From Ranitomeya imitator (Eukaryota): a DNA stretch of 64,000 nucleotides. Position 1 is the stretch's first letter. Each line of letters starts with the position of its first letter. Below, in pieces: positions 1 through 9,088 of this stretch. The position numbers and the translations under genes are program-made. The stretch is from NCBI RefSeq assembly GCF_032444005.1, contig NC_091289.1, positions 193,502,001 to 193,566,000 on the forward strand. Reading direction: 5' to 3'. Under the pieces are notes generated by a model. The model did not search any database. It saw only the letters and a program-made list of their open reading frames with translations, and had not been told where the DNA came from.

Positions 1-1488
1 GTGTGAAACAACTGAAATTATGTCTTATATTCTAGGTTCTTCAAAGTAGCCACCTTTTGCTTTGATGACTGCTTTGCACACTCTTGGCATTCTCTTGAGG
101 AGCATCAAGATGTAGTCACCAGGAATGGTTTTCACTTCACAGGTGCACCCTGTCAGGTTTAATAAGTGGGATTTCTTGCCTTATAAATGGGGTTGGGACC
201 ATCAGTTGTGTTGAGCAGAAGTCTGGTGGATACACAGCTGATAGTCCTACTGAATAGACTGTTAGAATTTGTATTATGGCAAGAAAAAAGCAGCTAGGTA
301 AAGAAAAACGAGTGGCCATCATTACTTTAAGAAATGAAGGTCAGTCAGTCCAAAAAATTGGGAAAACTTTGAAAGTGTCCCCAAGTGCAGTGGAAAAAAC
401 CATCAAGCGCTACAAAGAAACTGGCTCACATGAGGACTGCCCCAGGAAAGGAAGACCAAGAGTCACCTCTGCTTCTGAGGATAAGTTTATCCGAGTCACC
501 AGCCTCAAATCGCAGGTTAACAGCAGCTCAGATTAGAGACCAGGTCAATGCCACACAGAGGTCTAGCAGCAGACACATCTCTACAACAACTGTTAAGAGG
601 AGACTTTGTGCAGCCGGCCTTCATGGTAAAATAGCTGCTAGGAAACCACTGCTAAGGACAGGCAACAAGCAGAAGAGACTTGTTTGGCCTAAAGAACACA
701 AGGAATGGACATTAGACCAGTGGAAATCTGTGCTTATGTCTGATGAGTCCAAATTTGAGATCTTTGGTTCCAACCACCGTGTCTTTGTGTGATGCAGAAA
801 AGGTGAACGGATGGACTCTACATGCCTGGTTCCCACCGTGAAGCATGGAGGAGGAGGTGTGACGGTGTGGGGGGGGCTTTGCTGGTGACACTGTTGGGGA
901 TTTATTCAAAACTGAAGGCATACTGAACCAGCATGGCTACCACAGCATCTTGCAGCGGCATGCTATTCCATCCGGTTTGCGTTTAGTTGGATCATCATTT
1001 ATTTTTCAACAGGACAATGACCCCAAACACACCTCCAGGCTGTGTAAGGGCTATTTGACCAAGAAGGAGAGTGATGGGGTGCTACGCCAGATGACCTGGC
1101 CTCCACAGTCACCAGACCTGAACCCAATCGAGATGGTTTGTGGTGAGCTGGACCGCAGAGTGAAGGCAAAAGGGCCAACAAGTGCTAAGCATCTCTGGGA
1201 ACTCCTTCAAGATTGTTGGAAGACCATTCCCGGTGATTACCTCTTTAAGCTCATCAAGAGAATGCCAAGAGCGTGCAAAGCAGTCATCAAAGCAAAAGGT
1301 GGCTACTTTGAAGAACCTAGAATAAGACATATTTTCAGTTGTTTCACACTTTTTTGTTAAGTATATAATTCCACATGTGTTAATTCATAGTTTTGATGCC
1401 TTCAGTGTGAATGTACAATTTTCATAGTCATGAAAATACAGAAAAATCTTTAAATGAGAAGGTGTGTCCAAACTTTTGGTCTGTACTG
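1..1488 (+). mobile_element. Tc1-like DNA transposon with long TIRs; left end lies before the window
   Basis: Ends ...TCCAAACTTTTGGTCTGTACTG followed by TA (1489-1490). Positions 1-~130 are the reverse complement of ~1221-1349, giving TIRs of roughly 270 bp. Confidence 0.93.
276..1360 (+). pseudogene. Tc1 transposase, disrupted by frameshifts and a stop
   Basis: Three ORF pieces: HTH region (MARKKQL..., GRPR), SDESKF, QQDNDPKHTS and SPDLNPIE (DD34E triad). TGA at ~790 and frame changes between the pieces. Confidence 0.92.
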
Positions 1489-3104
1489 TATATACACATA
1501 AAATGAGAGGTGGGACCCTTTGTACTGTGACAACACATCTAGTGCCAGGTATGACAAATTTAAAGGCACCACCCTTTATTATAGAGAAAGTTTGCGAATT
1601 AAAATTGGATAAATTCTAAGTCTCACATCTGTAATCCTCCTTGCTAGTATTTGAGCTGATAGAGAGCGTTCTCCCTTTCAGAAGCTTCGCCTATCAGCAG
1701 CTTTCTATTGAGGACCCTTTGAATGAGAATTCTGTAATTCTCCTGCAGACGCACTACAGAGAAATGTAACACATACTGTTATATTCTCCCACCGATTATT
1801 AGAGTCCTAACGGCAGAAAAACCATGTTGGCGGTTTATTCTAGTTCAAGGGGATCATCCAAGGTGGACAACCCCTTTAATTGTTAAATACCGTCACAAAA
1901 CTGGTCTAACAAGCGCTGTTTGAAAGGCGGATATAATCTGTTGAAGAGACGTATTTTTAGGATAAAAGTAACGTGAAAAATCTATCGTCAAGTTGTGTGA
2001 TAAGACCAATTTGCCGACTTGTTGCAGCCAGAATTGACGGCCGATCCTGCCCCCGCACAGGCACAACCCGCTGTATTCCAGGGACGGGCTCCATATATTT
2101 CGGACACTATAGCGCCTATCAGACGTTCATACCAGGACACCACTACATATTAAGCAGTAGGAAAAGCAAAACTTCCAGCTCCGTCATCAGCTCCTTGTTG
2201 ACTGTTTCCAGGTAACAATAATAGTTTTCTTTTGTATTTAAAACAGCAGAAAAGGCAATAAAAATATATTAAGAAAATGCTGGACTTTATATTTGCTGCC
2301 TACAGACGATAATGTGTCTACAAGTGTTTACAAATAATAAAAGAACAAACAAACATCAAAGCCGTCGTTAAATATAGTCTCCATGGTTCGTTAGAATGAA
2401 CGTGTCCATTATATATTTATATTTGCCGGAACTTCCTTTGCTACAAGTTTAATGAACCTATTGGAAGAGGTACAAGAGCCGTGCGGGAAAAGAACGTATA
2501 ATTACCATCCTGATGTCACCGGCATCGCCTTACTGATTAATGGCCGATCGAGTGACACCGGAGAGCGGCTTTCCAGGTAGTGGTGTCCCCTGTCGTGTTT
2601 CATGGAGAGGAGCCCTGATGTATTAATATAAAAGAGCCGTAAATGTCATGTGTAAATCACCGCCAACCACTCCTGCCACAACAGAGGCTTCTGTCTCTCC
2701 TCCATGCTTTATACTGCGACTCAATCTGCGCAGATAACCTCCATATACCTGCACCACCTCTTTCTCTCTGGATCTTGGCGCCTAGAGATTTCTGTTCCAT
2801 AGAAAACATGCAATGGAGGTGGAGACTGTGTGATATGTGGATTGTCAGCACCCGGAGCCAAGTGTTTCATCCCCTAACCCAGCAATAATGGCAGAACCGG
2901 ACTCACTCTTACATCCTGCAACAATGTATCTTAGAATTCTTTTACCGTAAAGTGAACTTTGTAATAATAAAGCCACAGCAGCATTGCACCGCACTGGGAA
3001 TTTTTTCAGTATATTACATGAATAAAAAATAAAACTAAAATTACAACCAGTCCCACAAAATAACTACAAAAACAAAAGCGTAAAAAAACAAAAAAAATGA
3101 CAGT

Positions 3105-3530
3105 TCTTAAAAGGGTTATCCTCCATCTTCATAGAGGGATGTTGTTGGATAGAGCTTGTAAATACAAGCACTTATGCATCACTGCTTATTGAAATTTGCA
3201 GCCATTTTTTAGATAATATTTTTCTTTTGTCTACAGTGCGTTGCCTAGGAGACCGACCACCGCTGCCACCATCTAGCTTGTTAGAAGCATTACACCGAAT
3301 GGTCAGGATTAGGAGGTGACAGCGCCATGTTCCAAACAGTGTTTACAGTCCCAATAGAAATGAGCTTGTAAGCGCTGCGCATGTTCTGCTGGGTAGCAAC
3401 GGTGGCCGGTCTCCAAGGCAACGAGCTGTAAACAAAAGAAAAATGATAAATATCTCAAAAACGCCTGACAATTTTAATAAGCAGTAAATTGCAAAATTGC
3501 TTGTACTGACGAGCATTATCCAACAATATC
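3105..3530. mobile_element. Probable TTAA-type MITE remnant adjoining the DIRS end
   Basis: Begins TTAAAAGGGTTATCC; internal inverted repeat ~3238-3270 versus ~3392-3425. Second terminus not found. Confidence 0.35.
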
Positions 3531-3830
3531 CAAATATACCGGATTACGTACCGGTAATGCTCTTTTATAGAGCCCACGACAGCACCCACTAGAGAGAGGG
3601 GATCCGCCCCTAGGAACAGGAAACCTACAGAGAGATAAAAGGGGCGGCCCCCCCTCGCTCCTCAGTTGTTTTACAGAGAATAGGAGGAACCGCCGCCAGG
3701 TTTTAGTTAACAGGTTCGGGTATATCCATATATATACATATTTACAACCTCATACTATATTTTCTAATATTTACACCTCACCAAACAAGCACCATGTGCA
3801 ACTATATACAGAAAAGGGAGGGATGTGAAC

Positions 3831-3916
3831 GGGTGCTGTCGTGGGCTCTATAAAAGAGCATTACCGGTACGTAATCCGGTATTTTCTATTCGCCACGACA
3901 GCACCCACTAGAGAGA
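3831..3916. repeat. DIRS internal complementary region (ICR)
   Basis: 3831-3882 is the reverse complement of the terminus at ~3536-3587, and 3883-3916 is the reverse complement of the terminus at 9000-9033. The two are joined at CCGGTA-TTT-TCTATTC. Confidence 0.93.
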
Positions 3917-3926
3917 ATTGCAGAGA

Positions 3927-5363
3927 CTATAGACTGGGTGGGTTTACTGAGTCAAGGACCGATACACCAAAGGTGAGATCAGAAGTAGAGGATAGATCTA
4001 ATCTATAATGTTTATAGAAGGTATTAGGTGAAGACCAAGTTGCAGCCTTACATATAAGGTCTATTGGCACATTCGCCCTTTCTGCCCAGGAAGTCGACAA
4101 GGCTCTTGTAGAGTGTGCTCCCACATGTATTGGAGGATCTTTCCCTCCAGCCTTATACGCCAAGATTATTGCCTCTCTGATCCAGCGAGATAATGTGTTC
4201 TTTGTGACTCCGGCACCCTTGGTTTTACCCTGAAAAGACACAAAGAGAGCCCTACTCTTCCTCCAGTCCCTAGTTCTCTCTAAATAGGCTAAGACAGTCC
4301 TTTTTACATCTAGGGTGTGAAGTCTTTCTTCTTCTGGAGTTGAGTGGTTCTCATAAAAGGTAGGTAACTGGATCTCCTGGGATCTATGAAAGGTAGAAGC
4401 CACCTTAGGGAGATAACAAGGATCTGTTTTTAAAAGTATCCTATCTGATGTTACCACAAAAAAGGGAGGATCTATAGATAAAGCATGAAGATCACTTACT
4501 CTTCTGGCAGAAACTAATGCCACTAATAATACCGTTTTTAAAGAAATATTTTTTAGTGAGGCTGCATGGAGAGGCTCAAAAGGTGATTGAGTCAATGCAT
4601 TTAGGACTATTGATAGATCCCACTGAGGAACCCGAGGTATGCTAATTGGTCTCGATCTCTCACAGGCTGATATAAACCGGGATATCCATTTATTTCCTGC
4701 TACATCAAAATTAAAAAGAGCTCCTAAGGCTGACACCTGTACTTTCAGAGTGCTTACAGAGAGTCCTAATTCCAGACCTTTTTGTAGAAATTCCAATATT
4801 GGAAATATAGGAATATCAGCGGAAAGTTGTGTAGTATGGAATTGAAGGAATTTCCTCCAAATTCTGACATAAATCCTGGTAGTTGAGGGTTTTCTACTTT
4901 TCATCAGAGTATCTATTAACCCACTAGAAAACCCCCTGAGATTTAGTAACTGCCTTTCATACTCCATGCAGTTAAATTCATGCCCTTTGCCTGAGGATGA
5001 AGGAACGGACCCTGAGAGAGCAGGTCCTTGGATTGAGGCAGAATCCACGGGTCCGACACTGACATCGCCCTCAGCCATGAGAACCATGGCCTTTTGGGCC
5101 AGAATGGGGCTATTAATAGAATTCTTGCTCCTTCTTCTCTTATTTTTCTTATTACCAAAGGTAGTAGATTCCATGGAGGAAAAGCATATGCCAGGTCGAA
5201 AGTCCAGGGCACTTGGAGGGCATCGAGTATGTCCGGCTTGTCCTCTCTGTTTAGAGAGGCAAACATCCTGACCTGTCGGTTGGCTCTTGTGGCAAACAAG
5301 TCTATTTGAGGAATACCCCATTGCGCTGTTATCATTTTGAAAATTTTTCTGTTTAGCATCCAT
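3927..5363 (-). CDS. DIRS tyrosine recombinase (ORF3), 478 aa
   Basis: ARRVSDL (catalytic R), AHSTR (HxxR) and TFYKHY (catalytic Y region); uninterrupted ORF overlapping pol. Confidence 0.93.
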   Translation of the reverse strand: MDAKQKNFQNDNSAMGYSSNRLVCHKSQPTGQDVCLSKQRGQAGHTRCPPSALDFRPGICFSSMESTTFGNKKNKRRRSKNSINSPILAQKAMVLMAEGDVSVGPVDSASIQGPALSGSVPSSSGKGHEFNCMEYERQLLNLRGFSSGLIDTLMKSRKPSTTRIYVRIWRKFLQFHTTQLSADIPIFPILEFLQKGLELGLSVSTLKVQVSALGALFNFDVAGNKWISRFISACERSRPISIPRVPQWDLSIVLNALTQSPFEPLHAASLKNISLKTVLLVALVSARRVSDLHALSIDPPFFVVTSDRILLKTDPCYLPKVASTFHRSQEIQLPTFYENHSTPEEERLHTLDVKRTVLAYLERTRDWRKSRALFVSFQGKTKGAGVTKNTLSRWIREAIILAYKAGGKDPPIHVGAHSTRALSTSWAERANVPIDLICKAATWSSPNTFYKHYRLDLSSTSDLTFGVSVLDSVNPPSL

Positions 5364-7102
5364 TCCCCTTGATGAAGGGTGTGACGGCTCAGAAAATCGG
5401 CACGAAAGTTGTCTGTGCCCCTGATGTGAACTGCTGATAGTGATAGCAGATGACCTTCGGCTAATTCCATGATGTCTGATGCCAGCTGCGTGAGTCTGTC
5501 CGACCGCGTACCTCCTTGATGGTTTAAGTAAGCTACTGCCGTGGTGTTGTCGGAGAACACTCTTGTGTGAGAGCCGCTGAGCTGAGGAAGAAAGTGAAGT
5601 AGGGAATAATATATCGCCCTCAACTCTTTGACATTTGAAGAACTATCCAGTTCCGAACTAGACCAAAGATCCTGAACCCACTGATCCTTAAAATGTGCCC
5701 CCCAGCCTTTAGGACCAGCATCTGTGGTCACTATACTAGAGGGGGAAATTATCCAGAGAACCCCTTTTGAAAGGTTTTTCTGATTTAACCACCACCTAAG
5801 GGAGTGTAATACTTCCGTTGTTAGATAAACTGTTCTATCCAGACAGCCTCTATTCTTAATGTCCTCCTCTAATATAAATTTTTGTAGAGGCCTAGTATGA
5901 GCCTGTGCCCACTGGACCGCAGGAATACACGATGTCAGAGAACCTAGTAATGACATGCTCTGTCTGAGTGACATACTACGATTTTCTATTGCTAAAGATA
6001 CCTTATCAACTATGGAGATTTTCTTATCCTCAGGCAGCTTACAAATCTGGTCAGCTGAATCTAGAAGGAGCCCTAGGAATTTCTGACACTTAACCGGCTG
6101 AAGTCTAGATTTTTCCCAATTAACTAGCCACCCCAGGGATTGTAAGGAAACCACTACTTCCCGTAACCTCTGCTCACACTGTAGGGGGTCTTTACCCACA
6201 ATCAATAGGTCATCTAGATATGGAATGACTAAAGTATCTTTTACTCTTAGGAAAGACATAACTTCCAATAGCAATTTTGTGAAAACCCTTGGGGCCATGG
6301 ATAATCCGAAGGGCATCGCCTTATATTGTAGATGACGAATTTGTCCCTCTATACAGACTGCTACCCGAAGGAACTGCTGGAATAAATGATGTATAGGAAT
6401 ATGATAGTAAGCATCCTTAAGATCCAATACTACCATGTAACAGTTTGGAAATAGATTCTTTATGGCTGAACGAATGGATTCCATTTTGAATGTTTTAGGC
6501 CTTATAAAGGAGTTCAGCTTTCTTAAATTAATTATGGTTCTGAAAGAGCCATCCGGCTTATTAATCAGAAACAAGGGAGAATAAAATCCCCTCCCCCTCT
6601 GGGAAGATGGGACTTCCACTAGGACTTGTTTGCGTAGGAGGGTTTTAACCTCTGTTTCAAGTGCCTCTTGCTGAGGCCTGGATCTTAAGGTGGTAAGGAG
6701 GAAGGAGTCCGGTGGAGTTCTAATAAAGTCTAATGTGAGGCCTGAAGATATTAATTTAATGGCCCAAGTATTTATTGTTATCTCTTCCCATTGTTGCCTA
6801 AACTGTTTTAATCTTCCACCCACTGGAGGAATATAATTACTGGAATTTGTCGGCTGGCTTGAATGGACGTTTATTAAACAGGTTTCCTTTTTGTTTAAAA
6901 TCCTTATTGTTCCATCTGTCTCTGAAGCCTCCCTTTCTTCCGAATGGTGGCTTCCTGAAGGCCCTTCTGTAAGATGGAACAAAGGGATTAGGGAATCCTT
7001 TTTTCCTTTCACCTGCCTTCTTGAGTATATCGTCAAGGACTGTTCCAAACAGGTACTCACCCTGACAGGGTATGGCACATAATTTGGATCTAGATTGGGC
7101 AT
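4943..7102 (-). CDS. DIRS pol (ORF2): reverse transcriptase, RNase H and adenine-methyltransferase-like domain, 719 aa
   Basis: LDLKDAYYH, MPFGL and YLDD (RT); TTDAGPKGWGAH and SDNTTAV (RNase H); IDLFAT..N and YAFPPW (MT-like domain of DIRS1 elements). Confidence 0.95.
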   Translation of the reverse strand: MPNLDPNYVPYPVRVSTCLEQSLTIYSRRQVKGKKDSLIPLFHLTEGPSGSHHSEEREASETDGTIRILNKKETCLINVHSSQPTNSSNYIPPVGGRLKQFRQQWEEITINTWAIKLISSGLTLDFIRTPPDSFLLTTLRSRPQQEALETEVKTLLRKQVLVEVPSSQRGRGFYSPLFLINKPDGSFRTIINLRKLNSFIRPKTFKMESIRSAIKNLFPNCYMVVLDLKDAYYHIPIHHLFQQFLRVAVCIEGQIRHLQYKAMPFGLSMAPRVFTKLLLEVMSFLRVKDTLVIPYLDDLLIVGKDPLQCEQRLREVVVSLQSLGWLVNWEKSRLQPVKCQKFLGLLLDSADQICKLPEDKKISIVDKVSLAIENRSMSLRQSMSLLGSLTSCIPAVQWAQAHTRPLQKFILEEDIKNRGCLDRTVYLTTEVLHSLRWWLNQKNLSKGVLWIISPSSIVTTDAGPKGWGAHFKDQWVQDLWSSSELDSSSNVKELRAIYYSLLHFLPQLSGSHTRVFSDNTTAVAYLNHQGGTRSDRLTQLASDIMELAEGHLLSLSAVHIRGTDNFRADFLSRHTLHQGEWMLNRKIFKMITAQWGIPQIDLFATRANRQVRMFASLNREDKPDILDALQVPWTFDLAYAFPPWNLLPLVIRKIREEGARILLIAPFWPKRPWFSWLRAMSVSDPWILPQSKDLLSQGPFLHPQAKGMNLTAWSMKGSY

Positions 7103-8060
7103 CTCCTTTCCAGTTTTTTAGCCATAAAGCCCGCCTAGCCGTGTTGGAGATATTAGCTGTTCTGGCCGCCAGTCGTAGGGAGTCAATAGAGGCATCTGAT
7201 ATAAAGGCAGCCGCACCCTTGATCAAAGGGATAGACGCTCGTAACTTCTCCCTGGATACACCATTTTTAATATTTTGCTCCAGCTGATCCAGCCAGACTA
7301 ACATTGACCTGCCAGTACATGTGGCTGCAATTGCCGGTTTGAATGCCGTGACACAGGCCTCCCACGATTTTTTAAGGAGCGCATCTGATTTTCGGTCCAT
7401 GGGATCTGTTAAGGAACCTGCATCTTCCACGGGCAAGGAGAACCGGCGAGATGTAGATGCAACTGCAGCATCGACCTTTGGTATTTTGGTCCATGTACTT
7501 AAATCTTCGTCATCAAATGGGTAGCGTCTCTTACAGGGTATTGGTACAAAACCTTTTTGACCTTTACCCCATTCCTTCTTAACGAGGTCCTTTATGGCCT
7601 GGTTTATTGGAAACACGTGGCCTTTCCGTTGGGAAAGACCAGCAAACATGATTTCCTGTGGTGTTTGGGGTTCTTTTGACTCCGATACCCCCATCGTATT
7701 TCTCACCGATTTAACCAAGTTGTTTATGCCTTCAGTTGGAAAGCAAACAAAGTCTTCTTCCCCTGAAGAATCAGACAGTTGAGAGACCTCAGAGTCGACC
7801 TCCCCACTCTCTGCTGACGTGTCAGCTCTAGGTGAGGATACTCTTCTTTTCTTTTTCTCGGTATTAATCGAGGAAGAACCGCCTCCTAACGACTGAAGTT
7901 CTTCCCGAATTATGAGCCGTATCTCGTTCATTTTCACCGATTCCTCCTGCCGTAAGGTGTTATCTATACATGCCTGACATAGACTCTTAGTATAGGAGTC
8001 AGGCAGGGGTTCGGTACATATAGCACATTGTTTGTGCTTACTCTTTCCCGTCCTTTTTGC
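6837..8060 (-). CDS. DIRS gag-like ORF1, main exon, with an N-terminal CxxC-x12-CxxC zinc finger
   Basis: The frame of the 7937 ORF stays open back to 8060 (AKRTGKSKHKQCAICTEPLPDSYTKSLCQAC) and is preceded directly by TTTTAG, which is both a stop and a splice acceptor. DPMDRK motif typical of DIRS gag. Confidence 0.85.
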   Translation of the reverse strand, partial: AKRTGKSKHKQCAICTEPLPDSYTKSLCQACIDNTLRQEESVKMNEIRLIIREELQSLGGGSSSINTEKKKRRVSSPRADTSAESGEVDSEVSQLSDSSGEEDFVCFPTEGINNLVKSVRNTMGVSESKEPQTPQEIMFAGLSQRKGHVFPINQAIKDLVKKEWGKGQKGFVPIPCKRRYPFDDEDLSTWTKIPKVDAAVASTSRRFSLPVEDAGSLTDPMDRKSDALLKKSWEACVTAFKPAIAATCTGRSMLVWLDQLEQNIKNGVSREKLRASIPLIKGAAAFISDASIDSLRLAARTANISNTARRALWLKNWKGDAQSRSKLCAIPCQGEYLFGTVLDDILKKAGERKKGFPNPFVPSYRRAFRKPPFGRKGGFRDRWNNKDFKQKGNLFNKRPFKPADKFQ

Positions 8061-8137
8061 CTAAAATAATACAAGCAAAGGAATCAATATATACTTCAGT
8101 GAAGTATGCGTACACTCACCCAGCGTATTAATTTTAC

Positions 8138-8305
8138 CGGCTGCGGGGTTGTCTTAGTTTGGGATGTGGAACGGGATGATTTTCTTCCCGATTTATCAGT
8201 GGAGTCACTTAACTTAAAGTGTCCACTGCTGTTTTTCCTGGTTTCGCTACTAGGTACTAGTGGCTCTTCCATGGAGTGCACACGGACCTCCTCTTGGGAT
8301 GACAT
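8138..8305 (-). CDS. Probable first coding exon of DIRS gag (MSSQEE...TPQP)
   Basis: ATG at 8305; phase-0 GT donors at 8137 (GTAAAA) and 8119 (GTGAGT) both join in frame to 8060. Confidence 0.6.
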
Positions 8306-8439
8306 AATGCACACTGACTGCACTTCTCATCCTGACTTTTATAGTGTAGCCACTCCTGCATACATCCCCATCCTGTTTTTTTTTTTTTTTTTTACTCACA
8401 AGTCCGGCATCCAGACACTGGGATCGCATGGGGGAATCC

Positions 8440-8556
8440 AATATGGCGGTTCCCCCGGAAATGGTACTCTGACACCGCGACCCCGGAAGTTCAAGCTTCC
8501 TTCCATGGGACGCCGACGCTACTGCGCATGCGCCCGCGTCTCTGCATACCGGAAGC
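8440..8556. promoter_or_regulatory. YY1/ETS/NRF1 motif cluster in the DIRS 5' region
   Basis: AATATGGCGG 8440-8449 (YY1-like), CCGGAAGT 8483-8490 (ETS), TGCGCATGCGC 8523-8533 (NRF1), CCGGAAGC 8549-8556. Motif matches only. Confidence 0.5.
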
Positions 8557-9088
8557 GCTCTCAGCGCTGCTTCCCACCATGTCGCCTCTTACCTCTGGAG
8601 GGAACGGAGGGAAGATTCCGCCCAGGGACACCGCACCGCTGCTCAGCTCCACTCAGGAGGGCATTACCACAGGTATCCACACTGCGCCGTGCCTTTCATT
8701 AGCACTTACCCAACGGTGTCCCAGCAGGGAGACCGTTGGTACCTTCAGGCTTCCCTGTCAGCCGCACCAGATGAGGGGGGAGCCCGCAGGAACATTCCCC
8801 CGACACTGTCTACCTGCTCTGGGACCCCTGTCGCTCAGCAGAGTCGATACAGGCGGTAGCCCAGGCAGGTCTTCCTCTTCTTAGCCATAGAGTTTTTCTC
8901 TGTGGGTTCCCTTCTAGGAACAGGAAACCAACTGAGGAGCGAGGGGGGGCCGCCCCTTTTATCTCTCTGTAGGTTTCCTGTTCCTAGGGGCGGATCCCCT
9001 CTCTCTAGTGGGTGCTGTCGTGGCGAATAGAAAACAAAGATTCTCCAACCCATATTGATACAGTATAGTAGCCGGATTTATATATTTA

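Larger units (their letters stand above)
3536..9034 (-). mobile_element. DIRS1-type tyrosine-recombinase retrotransposon, apparently full length
   Basis: Inverted terminal repeats (3574-3668 versus 8929-9023) with non-identical outer ends, internal complementary region 3831-3916, and three overlapping ORFs (gag, RT-RH-MT, YR). Confidence 0.96.

Noticed and set aside
2470-2560. Possible ERICH3 exon 2 (TAAGGCG...ATCAGGATG|GTAATT on minus)
   Set aside because: In-frame stop and no KHLxGYFNN match upstream; likely chance.
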